The position numbers were made by a program, and so were the translations under genes. DNA of 63,870 nucleotides, filler included, from Octopus bimaculoides (lineage: Eukaryota): NCBI RefSeq assembly GCF_001194135.2. It is 5 parts of 4 records of this genome, joined end to end, with 100 filler letters (N's around TTAATTAATTAA, not from the genome) between each part and the next. Parts side by side here need not be neighbours in the genome. Positions count along the whole stretch, not along the records: positions 41,223 to 52,303 come from NC_069007.1; positions 52,404 to 60,726 come from NC_068989.1; positions 60,827 to 63,870 come from NW_026310492.1; 2 more parts are not named here. One strand, written 5' to 3'. The notes under the pieces were generated by a model, which had not been told where the DNA came from, made no database searches, and saw nothing but the letters and a program-made list of their open reading frames with translations. Shown piece by piece: positions 48,346 through 61,373 of the stretch. How positions within the stretch are numbered: the first letter of the stretch is position 1; every line of letters starts with the position of its first letter.

Positions 48346-49263
48346 ATATAAGAATTTCTGTAAGTCTATCTATCTATCTATCTAGCTATCTATCTATCTA
48401 TCTATCTATCTATCTNNNNNNNNNNNNNNNNNNNNNNNNNNNNNNNNNNNNNNNNNNNNNNNNNNNNNNNNNNNNNNNNNNNNNNNNNNNNNNNNNNNNN
48501 NNNNNNNNNNNNNNNNNNNNNNNNNNNNNNNNNNNNNNNNNNNNNNNNNNNNNNNNNNNNNNNNNNNNNNNNNNNNNNNNNNNNNNNNNNNNNNNNNNNN
48601 NNNNNNNNNNNNNNNNNNNNNNNNNNNNNNNNNNNNNNNNNNNNNNNNNNNNNNNNNNNNNNNNNNNNNNNNNNNNNNNNNNNNNNNNNNNNNNNNNNNN
48701 NNNNNNNNNNNNNNNNNNNNNNNNNNNNNNNNNNNNNNNNNNNNNNNNNNNNNNNNNNNNNNNNNNNNNNNNNNNNNNNNNNNNNNNNNNNNNNNNNNNN
48801 NNNNNNNNNNNNNNNNNNNNNNNNNNNNNNNNNNNNNNNNNNNNNNNNNNNNNNNNNNNNNNNNNNNNNNNNNNNNNNNNNNNNNNNNNNNNNNNNNNNN
48901 NNNNNNNNNNNNNNNNNNNNNNNNNNNNNNNNNNNNNNNNNNNNNNNNNNNNNNNNNNNNNNNNNNNNNNNNNNNNNNNNNNNNNNNNNNNNNNNNNNNN
49001 NNNNNNNNNNNNNNNNNNNNNNNNNNNNNNNNNNNNNNNNNNNNNNNNNNNNNNNNNNNNNNNNNNNNNNNNNNNNNNNNNNNNNNNNNNNNNNNNNNNN
49101 NNNNNNNNNNNNNNNNNNNNNNNNNNNNNNNNNNNNNNNNNNNNNNNNNNNNNNNNNNNNNNNNNNNNNNNNNNNNNNNNNNNNNNNNNNNNNNNNNNNN
49201 NNNNNNNNNNNNNNNNNNNNNNNNNNNNNNNNNNNNATTCCACATTTTGCTAATTTCTATTTC

Positions 49264-49265
49264 AA

Positions 49266-49328
<63 letters not shown>
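49264..49328. repeat. (TAT)n microsatellite
   Basis: Direct inspection. Confidence 0.95.
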
Positions 49329-49329
<1 letters not shown>

Positions 49330-49863
49330 ATCGTCATTGTTACTTTCTTGTTTCCTTGTTAATCCTGTATGTTTATTTCGGAACAATAACTTTTCTTAGT
49401 TCATTAACGACTCTAAACCAAATGCTTTGTGTCTGCGGAATTGGGTAAACGAAAAGTGTGCGGTATAACCCGTGTCATACACACACACACACACACGTAC
49501 AGATATACACACACAAAAAACGCATACACACACGCATAAACGCTCAAATTCACATGTATGTGTATATGTATAAATGTCCATGTGTGTGTGTGGGGGAGGA
49601 GGAGGCATGTGTCTGCGCGTATTGAAATAAATTTAGTTGAGAGATAGAAACAGAAAAAGGGGGAAAATTAATATAAAAGAAGAAAAAATATAATAAATAT
49701 GAAAATATATGTATATAAAAAAAGACTAATTGCCTCCACAACATCGTAAATTTAAACAACACAACCACCGCCAACAACAATAGGAACAACATCAGGAATA
49801 TCCATATTTTCTTCTACACACATATACACTCGCCTGTGTATTTGAACTCATCTGTGTATACAT

Positions 49864-49896
<33 letters not shown>

Positions 49897-50313
49897 TTCA
49901 CGCACACATATACATNNNNNNNNNNTATATATATATATATATATATGTTTATATATATATATGTATGGGGGAGAGACAGGAGAAAGAAAGGGAGAAAGAG
50001 ATAGCTATAGAGGCAAATAGTTGGTACGTGTGCAATACTAGTGTTTGTGTGCGTGAGTGTGTGTATATATGTATATACGTACATGCATGCATATACATAT
50101 ATAAATGCATACATACATACATATATATATATGCACTTATGAATATATGTGAATATGTGTATGCGTCTATATGTATGAGCGTGTGTGCATACGTGTGCTT
50201 GGGCATGTATAAATTTGATTTGTAAATAAACATTAAAAATGCATGTGTGTGTGTGTGTGTGTGTGTGTGAATTTTTGTATGCATATTATGCCGATATATG
50301 TTATATGTATGAA

Positions 50314-50358
<45 letters not shown>

Positions 50359-51460
50359 AAAGTGATAATACAGAGGAAGAGAGAAAGAAAANNNNNNNNN
50401 NNNNNNNNNNNNNNNNNNNNNNNNNNNNNNNNNNNNNNNNNNNNNNNNNNNNNNNNNNNNNNNNNNNNNNNNNNNNNNNNNNNNNNNNNNNNNNNNNNNN
50501 NNNNNNNNNNNNNNNNNNNNNNNNNNNNNNNNNNNNNNNNNNNNNNNNNNNNNNNNNNNNNNNNNNNNNNNNNNNNNNNNNNNNNNNNNNNNNNNNNNNN
50601 NNNNNNNNNNNNNNNNNNNNNNNNNNNNNNNNNNNNNNNNNNNNNNNNNNNNNNNNNNNNNNNNNNNNNNNNNNNNNNNNNNNNNNNNNNNNNNNNNNNN
50701 NNNNNNNNNNNNNNNNNNNNNNNNNNNNNNNNNNNNNNNNNNNNNNNNNNNNNNNNNNNNNNNNNNNNNNNNNNNNNNNNNNNNNNNNNNNNNNNNNNNN
50801 NNNNNNNNNNNNNNNNNNNNNNNNNNNNNNNNNNNNNNNNNNNNNNNNNNNNNNNNNNNNNNNNNNNNNNNNNNNNNNNNNNNNNNNNNNNNNNNNNNNN
50901 NNNNNNNNNNNNNNNNNNNNNNNNNNNNNNNNNNNNNNNNNNNNNNNNNNNNNNNNNNNNNNNNNNNNNNNNNNNNNNNNNNNNNNNNNNNNNNNNNNNN
51001 NNNNNNNNNNNNNNNNNNNNNNNNNNNNNNNNNNNNNNNNNNNNNNNNNNNNNNNNNNNNNNNNNNNNNNNNNNNNNNNNNNNNNNNNNNNNNNNNNNNN
51101 NNNNNNNNNNNNNNNNNNNNNNNNNNNNNNNNNNNNNNNNNNNNNNNNNNNNNNNNNNNNNNNNNNNNNNNNNNNNNNNNNNNNNNNNNNNNNNNNNNNN
51201 NNNNNNNNNNNNNNNNNNNNNNNNNNNNNNNNNNNNNNNNNNNNNNNNNNNNNNNNNNNNNNNNNNNNNNNNNNNNNNNNCACACACACACACAATGCAT
51301 ACATAATGTGTGTATGTATGTATGTATGTATGTACGTTTGTATGTATGTATATACTTGTCGTTGTTTTATAGTTGCTGTTGTTGTCTGAGCAGACGAATA
51401 GCATTAAAGGTGTGAAGCTGTGATAAAAAGAATTTTTTTTAGTTAGCCATAGTGTATGTA

Positions 51461-51677
51461 CGAGAGGGTGCTGAAAATTTCCTGGCTTTAAGGGTGTCGT
51501 GAAAGGCCTGGCTGGAGACCCAACCTTCTGATTTCTTTTACAGGGCTTAGAAAAACTGAAGGACCACTGTAATAAGTGTGTGAATCTGAGAAGGGAATAT
51601 GTTGAATAAAATCATGATTAACTGATCCTCCTGTATTTTCTTTTACCCAAAGCCAAGAACGTCTCAGCACCCTCTCG
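51461..51677 (+). mobile_element. Mariner-derived MITE (217 bp), TA TSD
   Basis: TA-CGAGAGGGTGCTGA...TCAGCACCCTCTCG-TA. Interior encodes GLEKLKDHCNKCVNLRREYVE*, a mariner C-terminus. Confidence 0.9.
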
Positions 51678-51899
51678 TATAGGTTGTATAATTCAACGTG
51701 AGGTCAATTTTCCCACATGTTGTTCAGTTCCTGCTCAAGCCTCATCCAGCAGACTTACAAACAAAGGCGTTCCAGTCGTGACCATCACATCAATTCCTTG
51801 TTGAACAACATGCACAAGTGACGTGTTTATAGTGATCAAATGTTCATGGTGTGCATTAGCTCACTCCCTCCATCAAATTTACATCGCTTGTGCAGGTGC

Positions 51900-52050
51900 A
51901 TGCTCTGCTACACGTCAGATGTTGAAGGGATCACAGGACAACTTGAAATGATGTGCTTTGCTGAAAAACACAATGTACCGCTCAGTCTTGAATCGAAACC
52001 ACAATCTTGCGATCGCGAGTGCAACATCCTACCCACAAGGCCACGTACCT
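51900..52050 (-). mobile_element. tRNA-derived SINE head (family 3-like)
   Basis: Minus strand GTGGCCTTGTGGGTAGGATG...GTGGTTTCGATTC. Confidence 0.55.
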
Positions 52051-52077
52051 TCTCTTTGTTTAAACAATATATTTGCC

Positions 52078-52303
52078 AATGAAGGCAGCGAGCTGGCAGA
52101 ATCGTTAGCACGCCGAGGCAAAATGCTTAGCGGCATTTCGTCTGTTGTACGTTTTGGTTTGCTTTTCTCTAATTTTCTGAGTGAGCGTCAATGATGATAA
52201 TTATTTCTATTCTAGGCACAAGGCCTTGACATTTCGTGGGGAAAGGGAGCTAGTCGATTACATCGACCCCAGTGCATACTCATTTCATCGACCCCGAGAG
52301 GAT
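52078..52303. mobile_element. SINE family 2 pieces (head on +, tail on -), head-to-head arrangement
   Basis: GGCAGCGAGCTGGCAGAATCGTTAGCACGCCG on +, then CTAGGCACAAGG...ATCGACCCC as at 17655. Confidence 0.7.
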
Positions 52304-52403
52304 NNNNNNNNNNNNNNNNNNNNNNNNNNNNNNNNNNNNNNNNNNNNTTAATTAATTAANNNNNNNNNNNNNNNNNNNNNNNNNNNNNNNNNNNNNNNNN
52401 NNN
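52304..52403. other. Synthetic scaffold linker
   Basis: N44-TTAATTAATTAA-N44. Confidence 0.95.
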
Positions 52404-52445
<42 letters not shown>

Positions 52446-53112
52446 GAATGTTTACCAATGTGTGCATATTTATAAACACAGACACCGATATGTTTTGCTT
52501 TACTTTTTTTCTGGAAAATATTCAAAAAAGACGAAGGTCTTTCTGTTGTATGAGATGGAGGAAAACAAACAAGATTTCGATTCTCTTAAATTACCATCAT
52601 CTCTTTATTATTCTACGACTGATTCTGTCGTAGAAAAAGCAGCTGACAAAATACCTTGTGGTGTTAAATTACATCCCTTAAGAGTTTCTAGAAATGTCTG
52701 GAAATCAGTTCAGGCATCACTTACAATATTTAAGAGATTCTTTTGTATTCCAATCATGAAATGAAAGTAACAAATAGAGATTGAAAATTTGAAATTTTCT
52801 AAAATTCTTTCTCAAACATGGAATTAAAAAAAATAGAAAAAATATTGGGAAAAGAACTTTAACCCTTTTGGTTATAATCTACTTGTAACCGCCTCTGGCT
52901 CTGTGGTATAAATGTCTTGTTTTCATAAGTTTTGAATTAAAATCTTCCACCAAACCTATGTCACAATTTATGTTCCTAACACTAGCTTAACTATTACTAA
53001 GTTATTTTACTAAATTCTTTGTTATACTCTTTTACTTGTTTCAGTCATTTGACTGTGGCCATGCTGGAGCACCGCCTTTAGTCGAGCAAATCAACTCCAG
53101 GTGGTGGTGGGT

Positions 53113-53347
53113 GGGTGGGTTTCAGTGATGATGGTGATGATGATGATGATGGTGGTGGCAGTGACGATGGTAAAGCTGATGATGATGGGGGCAGTGATGA
53201 TGGTGATGATGATGATGATGGTGGTAGTGGTGGTGGCGGCGCACTGATGATGGTAATGATGATGACAATGATGATGACGATGATGATGATGACGATGATG
53301 ATGATGATGATGGTGGTAGTGGTTGTGGCAGTGATGATGATGATGAT
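53113..53347. repeat. (GAT/GGT)n trinucleotide repeat, probably an expanded SINE tail
   Basis: Follows a SINE family 1 3' fragment (53025-53100, -). Produces the spurious poly-D/M/H ORFs. Confidence 0.9.
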
Positions 53348-54194
53348 TTTCTGATCATAAAAGGATCAAACCTAATAAAGCAATTATTTTCAGAGAAAGG
53401 GGATCTTATTCTCCTTTTCGAAACTTACAAGCAACACATTCTTTTTTCCTTCTCTCCCCTAAAACCATATTTGTTTCATTTAGTGTCTCGTTAATATGAG
53501 AATGAACCCTGGTAGAATAATTAGCATACTGGACAGAATACTTAGTAGTATTTTGTCCATCTGACATTCTGAGTTCAAATTCTGATAGGGTCAACTTTAC
53601 CTTTCATCCTTTTGGGGGTCGATAAACTAAGTACCAGTCATGCACTGGGTCCATACAATCAACTTAATCCCTCCCCTGAAACTGTTGGCCTTCACCAAAA
53701 TTTAAACGAATATTAGAATGGTGGTGAGGGGTGTCCATAATTACATAGATATGGGGCCTGCAAATAAAGGGTAACAGCACAAGGGTTTCTGCAATGGATT
53801 CTAATTTGGGCACAAGGCCAGCAATTTTGAGGGGAGGGTTAGGGTATTGAGGGTATTGATTCACTATATTAGATTATTTGGCTGGTATTTTATTTTGTTG
53901 TGTTTGGAGGAAAGAATGGTAAAATAGACCCAGTGGAATTTAGCTAAGAAAATAAAAAGTCAGAACAAACAATGGAAGACATTTTTGTTAAGGATTCCAC
54001 AAAAGGAAATGCTTGAAAGATCACTGCATTAATCTGTTAATCTCTGCTTACTCTAAAGAATTTATTGAGATTAATATCAGGCACCCTCATCCTGTATGAG
54101 TAAGTATGTGGTACGTAAGTATGTGAATGAGTGTGGGTGTATGTGTGTCGTTTTATCTTTTATTGGTTTCAGTAAGAGGCTGAGGCCATACTGG

Positions 54195-54625
54195 AGTACT
54201 ACCTTTCAGTGGGACTGGGTTTCTTTTTTGTACCGTTGTTTCTGATGAAGTAGTGAGTTCTTTGTGCTTCCTGTTGCGATAATGGTCCCTCCGGAATTTC
54301 AGACAGAAATTTGTCCAGATGTTCTTTGAAGACCTTCACATTTACACCATGCAAATTTCCGTGCAAATCTCCAAAGTTGTTTGGCAGAATGTTTAATAGT
54401 TGTGGGCCCTTGAAACCCAACCTGTAACAGTACAGGGTCCTTATTCTAGTCGGAGTGGACGGGGTCTTTGATACTTTGAAGAGCCATCTAGTTCAGTGGT
54501 TGGTATAGCTCTAAATCCCAATGTTGGGAATTAGACCTTCCAGGATCTTCCATATGTATATCACTGCATACTTTTCCTGTCTTCTCTCTAGGGAGAAGAT
54601 CTTCAGTTGCTTTAGCTTCTCCCAG
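54195..54625 (-). mobile_element. CR1/L2-type LINE 3' fragment
   Basis: Minus strand reads LKQLKIFSLERRQEKYAVIYIWKILEGLIPN and KGPQLLNILP...VKVFKEHLDKFLSEIPEGP. Confidence 0.75.
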
Positions 54626-54839
54626 TCTCACTCATCCGTTTCAACGAATTAATCTTCTTTGTGTAGAGGCATGGCTTTGCCTTAAGTTCAGCCACCATTT
54701 TGACCAGATATACGTATCTTCTTTTACTTGCTTTACTCATTTTAATCATCTTAAAACCTGGTACTCATTCCATCAGGCTCTTTTTGAGGACATAAATATA
54801 CCAACACCAGTTACCAAGGAGTTGTGGGGGGCAAACAAA

Positions 54840-55025
54840 AAGACACACACACACACACACGCATACATACAGCAAGCTTCTTTCAGTTTCTCTCAGCCAA
54901 ATCCACTCAGAAGGTTTTGGCCAGCCAAAGGCTATAATTGAAGACACTTGGCCAAGGTACCATACTGTGGGACTGAACCCAGAACCATGGGGTTGGGAAC
55001 CATGCTTCTTACCACACAGCCACAC
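54840..55025 (-). mobile_element. SINE family 1, 5' half
   Basis: Reverse-complement homologue of 9900-10090. Confidence 0.8.
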
Positions 55026-55479
55026 TGTTTTATGCCAGCTTTGGTATTAGTTGGCTGAGAATAGAGAGAGAAGTGTTCTGGTCTTGTTATTGAGTGTCTT
55101 AAACACACTTAACTTGTATTTTATTACCTCAAAACTATAGTACCATATCTGAGATGGTTAATGAATCTGTAATCATTTCTTCTTTTTGGCAATGAATCCC
55201 TGTGGTTTTGTTTTAATGTCTTTTATTCTTGTAACGAGTTTTTAAATAACCTTACTCATCTCAACTATTCTTTTCTAATTTACACTAATTTCTGTATGTG
55301 GTACCTTATCAGTCTAATGAGACCTCTCTGAAGATACCAGCAGTTCAAGCCATCACATTAAGCATCACATGTTTGGAAGTGCCATGTCTTGTGTTTGGAA
55401 TCTTGGAAATAAAAACGAAAAATTAAAATAATAAATTAAACAAACACTTTATTCCTATATTTACTATGTTCCTACTTTG

Positions 55480-55810
55480 GCCGAACTTGAAGCCATGCTG
55501 TGCCTCTTTGTGAATTTTATATGATAAACGAGTGCTGGTATCACATAAAAAGCATCTGTGCCTGTGCTGGTGGCACGTAAATGTGCCAGTGTCACACAAA
55601 AAGTGCCTGTGACAAGAAAAAAAGCACTTGTGCTGGTGCCACGTAAAAAAAGACATCCAGTACATTCTGTAAAATAGTTGGTATTAGGAAGAGCATCCAG
55701 CTGTAGAAACCATGCCAAAACAGATAACTGGAGCCTTGTGTGGCTTTTGGGCTAGCCAACTCCTGTCAAACTGTCCAACCCATGCCAGCATGGAAAAAGG
55801 ATTTTTGATT

Positions 55811-55840
<30 letters not shown>
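55480..55840 (+). mobile_element. LINE 3' tail repeat with (GAT)n end
   Basis: GGCACGTAAAA motifs, GGAAGAGCATCCAGCTGTAGAAACC, AACCCATGCCAGCATGGAAA, then (GAT)n. Confidence 0.75.
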
Positions 55841-55842
<2 letters not shown>

Positions 55843-56279
55843 AAGTAGCCTTCAGCTTTTTCAATCGAAAAGGTTTTTCTTTCAGCCCACTATTTACATG
55901 CTATTATTTATAGCTTTACACGCTTCGAGATTCACTGTTCCAAAAATGAATATGTCTATTAGTTTCAATCTGAGGTGTGCATGACACGACGACGGACTCG
56001 TTGCTGATTTCAATACTCTCAGTTGGCCCTGATTTAGAATTTTAAGACTTTGATCCATAATTGGGACATGCAGGGACATTTCTGTGTCAAACCGGACGAA
56101 TTTACTCACCAAAGAGTAAACAGGGATGCACCCTTCCAACCAGGACCGTCCCAAACAAAGTGAGACATACAAATGTGAGTGTGTATGTATATGTCTGCCT
56201 GTCTATCTGTCTGTTTGTGTGTATGTCAGGTCACTCTTAGTGCCACTGCTTATATGTCATCCAACACAAACTGTCGCAT

Positions 56280-56460
56280 GGTCGGCCCGTTTGCCACTAA
56301 GCCAACAAACACCCCGAACCTTCTTGGTAAGGAGGATGGTTTTATGGGCTGCCGGCGTTACGTAAAAAGGAGTCGTGGACGAAAATCAAAACCTGCCAAA
56401 GAACGGATGAACTCAGTAGAATAAACAGCCATCCAGCAGCTGCGAGTGAGAGACTCCTGG
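56280..56460 (+). mobile_element. Isolated RTE 5' UTR fragment
   Basis: CCAAAGAACGGATGAACTCAGTAGAATAAACAGCCATCCA aligns with TCAAAGGGTGGATGAACTCTGAAGAGTCAACGGTCATCCA in the 5' UTR of the RTE at ~28095-28135 (-). Confidence 0.55.
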
Positions 56461-57299
56461 TCTGTCTTTAGCTTTCTCCTTCGGAGAAGGGAAGTTCCGA
56501 AATAACACATTTTTCATTGTGAAGCCATTGCTCTTGATCCTTTTTGGATGGACTCCTTCGCTTAATGGTGTTGCTCAAGCTGAATTCCAGCACGGGCTGA
56601 CATTCATTGACTTTAAAACCTAGGATAAGATAATTTGTCAGTGCCAGTGCCAGTGCCGCGTGAAAAACACCTGAGCTGGTGTTACATAAAAAGCATCCGA
56701 GTTGCCGTCGCGTGAAAAGCACTCACTACACTCTTGGAGTGGTTGGCGTTAGGAAGGGCATCCAGCTGTAGAAAACCACGCCGAAATAGACAGCAGGACA
56801 ACGGCAAACAGGACAAAACAAGATACACGGATCATTGGCAGCCAAATGCCTCTTCAGTCGGAGTCCGGAATGTCTTCGTAGTTTCGACCACTTATTTCCG
56901 ATACTACTCGAAACCGGCTGGGCCAGGGACTTAAGCTAAAAGCATTAAGCCTCGGGGAAACGAATGTACATATACAAAAACAGCTAAGTAAACAACAGAA
57001 ACGATTTTTCGACTCTCGGACGAACGTAACATATGAAGTAGACTTATACACATCCAATGGACAAACGCCTTTCGGTTCTATAACAAAAGGAAAATAATTA
57101 TACAATTACAATAAAAATAAAACAAAACAAACAGGGTCTTTCGACTATCAGACGAGTGTAGTAAGCCGGTGCAAGGAAAATAGAAATGGGAAAAACTTAA
57201 CAGACCGGATGGCAGTACAGAACAGAACAGACTCGACCAGCCTCAAAAGCAGCCGACTGAAAAAGGATGACAGCGCCTGAACCGGACAGCGATCACGTG

Positions 57300-57630
57300 A
57301 TAGGGGAGGGGAAATCCCCCTTCAGTCATGAATGGCCATGGGATTGCACCTTGAGAGTTACCCCCCGAGGCACAAGTCCAGGCAGTTTGTTTATGGAAGA
57401 CTAGCAGTCGTCCATGCATGTCAGCCTCCCCCTCTCCACACCACCGATTTTATCCAAGGGAAAGGCAAAGGGGCCGATACAGCTTGGCACCAGTGACGTC
57501 GCAACTCATTTCTACAGCTGAGTGAACTGGAGCAACATAGAGTGCCTTACTCAAAAGCACAGCATGCAGCCCGGTCTGCGAATCGAACTCACAACACCAT
57601 GATTGCGAGCCCGACACGAAAATACACCTC
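57300..57630 (-). mobile_element. tRNA-derived SINE (family 3) containing an RTE 5'-UTR-derived segment
   Basis: Head with GAGTTCGATTCGC B box and CACTCAGCTGTAGAAATGAG core. 57434-57495 is homologous to RTE 5' UTR 27831-27891. Confidence 0.8.
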
Positions 57631-58644
57631 CCACACACTACCACCACCACAAAGACGAGGTGAAAAAACAAACAGAATGTATTTAATTTAACGCCGAGAA
57701 CCAACAAACGGAAGAAGTCTTTAACGTTTTCTTTCCACATTCCTTCTACAGAATGGAATGAGGAAAACAAAGAGAAGAAGAGAGAACAGAGTGGAGAGAA
57801 AGAAACGTGTCTGGAACTGACCGGAAGAGGAAGGAATTGGGCTGGCGGTGTGGGTAGCGATGCAAACAATAATGTTCTTTCACTTTTGTGTGTGTAGTTT
57901 TGAACCTTGTGTAGTCTTCGCGCACGCGGTCACCTCAATTTGATCCTGCCGGACTGGACCCCCTCCTTCTCTCTCGGATTCTCATTTTTTTCCCGACCGA
58001 CTTCTTGGACTATTGCCACCTCTCTAGAACCACCTTACCATCGAACACCACCCGGAATACCATTCGAACTTTCTACTTCTCAGATTCTACTATTATGGAA
58101 TTTACTGTGCATTGTTGTTAATGCATATGCACACACACTCACACACACACACTCGCCCATTTCATGCGCACACAGACACATTAAAACGTGTGTAATTGTG
58201 CATATGCGATTATGTAAAGAAACCATTGAAAACCACCACAAACAAAATAATAAAACAAAACAAAAAACAAAAGAGAGAGAGAGAGAGAAGAAGGGGAGGA
58301 ATGGAGAGAGAGAGAATGAGAGAGAGAATTATATGAATGAACAGCCTTGTTTCCTTACTTACTCTTCAACTGTTATATACGTATTTATATACACACACGA
58401 GCGGCGACTGTGAAGGTGCGAAAGTGTACAAGCACCGACTTATAAATAACTAACGTCTTTCAGGGTGTAGTTCAGAAAATCAGCTGCTAAAAGTATTTTC
58501 TAGAACTTTAGAACTTGTACAATGTTATTACAATAGTTTTTTTTTTTTTTTGGATATACGCAATGACAGTGAACCTGGAAGCTGCTAAACTCACAAATAA
58601 TTATATTTCAAAATATAGTAGTTTATATATATATACATATACAT

Positions 58645-58681
<37 letters not shown>

Positions 58682-59169
58682 ATGGAGAAAACCACAGATT
58701 AACAAACACGTCGGTTGGACCACATTTATAGTTTATTTTTTAATACAAAACATGGTATAACAAATAGGTGACATCACTTATTTGTTATGTTATGCTTTGT
58801 ATTAAAAAATAAGCTATAAATGTGNNNNNNNNNNNNNNNNNNNNNNNNNNNNNNNNNNNNNNNNNNNNNNNNNNNNNNNNNNNNNNNNNNNNNNNNNNNN
58901 NNNNNNNNNNNNNNNNNNNNNNNNNNNNNNNNNNNNNNNNNNNNNNNNNNNNNNNNNNNNNNNNNNNNNNNNNNNNNNNNNNNNNNNNNNNNNNNNNNNN
59001 NNNNNNNNNNNNNNNNNNNNNNNNNNNNNNNNNNNNNNNNNNNNNNNNNNNNNNNNNNNNNNNNNNNNNNNNNNNNNNNNNNNNNNNNNNNNNNNNNNNN
59101 NNNNNNNNNNNNNNNNNNNNNNNNNNNNNNNNNNNNNNNNNNNNNNNNNNNNNNNNNNNNNNNNNNNNN

Positions 59170-59222
<53 letters not shown>

Positions 59223-59867
59223 CATATATGTAAATATATATATATATAGCAATTCTCCGGTATTGGTGGATGACATCATTCCCCTACACAACATTCTCTC
59301 ATGACATAAACAGGCTAGGCTGAAAAGGAGGGCGAATGACGCCGTCTCCTCATACCAATACTCTGTAGACCAATACCGAAGGATCGCTCATACATACATA
59401 CACACATGCATACATACACACATATATACAAAGGAGAACACCTATGCTGAACTATTGAGAAATCTGTAGTTACTCTATCCAGTTTACACGTTCACGTTAA
59501 AAGCTGTAATTATTGGGGTCCTGGGATATGTAACGCACTGCCTAAATACCAATCTTGAGAAATTAGGCTTCTCAAAACCAGAAAGGAGAAAACTAATTCG
59601 AAGACTACTGATCCAATCTATCACTGGAACTGTAAAAATCTGTGAAACTTTCCAGAAGTTTATCATTTAAATATATATGAGCATGTCTAGATATACAACT
59701 AGATGAATGAGAATACATACATAAAACATACAAATCTGCACATACAAACATACAAACAAAAATACCCTGTTGTTGATGTTGAAATTCCAATGAAGGAGTC
59801 TTGGGATCTAGGTTAGAAACCGGTTCTTTCTCTATTGGCAAGAATTCTTGAGATAAACTGAATAATG

Positions 59868-59932
59868 ACATACATACATACATACATATATACATACATA
59901 CATACACACACATGCATACATACATACATACA

Positions 59933-59966
<34 letters not shown>

Positions 59967-60038
59967 CACATGCATACATACATACACATACATACACACA
60001 TACACACATACACACACACACATACGCACATACATACA

Positions 60039-60071
<33 letters not shown>

Positions 60072-60075
60072 GCAT
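59868..60075. repeat. (CATA)n/(CA)n microsatellite
   Basis: Direct inspection. Confidence 0.95.
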
Positions 60076-60693
60076 GCATGCTTGCATGTATGTATATATG
60101 TATGTGTGCCTCGGAAAACTTTGGAATGTACAATAGTCATACAAATGAAATCAGCGAAAATATTTCGAACAATTTAAAAACTAAAAACTAAAGGCTAAAG
60201 AAAAAAATAGACTAAAATCTGTGCCACAAAACGATTCAAATAAGAAAGAGTGAGGAATGTAGATAAAGCTAGAATATAAGACGAAGCATTCTCTATAAAT
60301 TAAAAAGGATTGCTCAACATGCTAGAAACAGCAGCCATGTCTCATTCATATTACACCCTGGCGTCTTGGAAAGAGAATAGACATTGGATAAATATAGGGC
60401 CAAAATAGTGAAAAGGTGAGATGGCCAAAAATGGAAGGCCCACTGACTTATAGGGAACAACAGCATTTAACAATACGATAAATAGTTTGCATTATAAAAA
60501 ACCTACAAGATATTTTAAAACGTTTTCGACTTTACTACACTGGAATATAAAAAGTATATGATATAGAAAGAATATATATATATAATAGATAAAAAAGAAT
60601 ATGTGCATAATATATATATGCTATATATATGTGTGTATATATATATGTATATAGCATATAATATTTATATAGTATTAACAATGTATATATGTA

Positions 60694-60726
<33 letters not shown>

Positions 60727-60826
60727 NNNNNNNNNNNNNNNNNNNNNNNNNNNNNNNNNNNNNNNNNNNNTTAATTAATTAANNNNNNNNNNNNNNNNNN
60801 NNNNNNNNNNNNNNNNNNNNNNNNNN
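60727..60826. other. Synthetic scaffold linker
   Basis: N44-TTAATTAATTAA-N44. Confidence 0.95.
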
Positions 60827-61173
60827 ATGGCCACAGTCAAATGACTGAAACAAGTAAAAGAGTAAAAGAGTACGTATGTTTATTTATGTTTATTTTTATA
60901 TTATATTATAAAACCAATTTCACTTTAATCCGAAAACTTCCCATCCGACGAAGCCTAACAGACATACATTTCGAAGTTGCTATCCAGCTTTCTTGTAAAA
61001 GTGTATGTAAATCTGAAATCAGCGCTGATATGACTCCGTCTTGCTTGTCGAAAGAAGGAAGCCTGTCTCCCTTGTCAGTCGTTAGAAAAGTGCTCTCAAA
61101 TGGCTAAGAGTTGTTTTGACTCTTATTTCTAGTGCGTGTGTTTATTTGGCAAAAAAGAAATAAATGACCAGGC

Positions 61174-61330
61174 GTAGGAATGGCTGTGTGGTAAGTAGCT
61201 TGCTTAGCAACCATCTGGCTGCGGATTCACTCCCACTGCGTGGCACCTTGGGCAAGAGTTTTCTATAGCCTCGGACCGACCAAAGCCTTGTGAGTGGATT
61301 TGGTAGACGGAAACTGAAAGAAGCCCGTCG

Positions 61331-61335
<5 letters not shown>
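61174..61335 (+). mobile_element. SINE family 1, 5' half, CpG-retaining
   Basis: Near-identical to 9890-10055, with CpGs intact at positions where that copy has lost them. Confidence 0.85.

Positions 61336-61373
<38 letters not shown>

Noticed and set aside
53115-53358. Poly-Asp/Met/His/Ser ORFs
   Set aside because: (GAT)n microsatellite.
59253-59383. HDV-like ribozyme suggested by GGTATTG/CAATACT pairing and TCTCCTCAT
   Set aside because: P3 and P1.1 cannot be formed. Only a 10-15-bp inverted repeat (CGGTATTGGT/ACCAATACCG) remains.
59605-60191. MYVC/HTYI-repeat ORFs
   Set aside because: (CATA)n microsatellite. The same applies to the other YI/CV/HT-repeat ORFs and to all X-filled ORFs spanning gaps.
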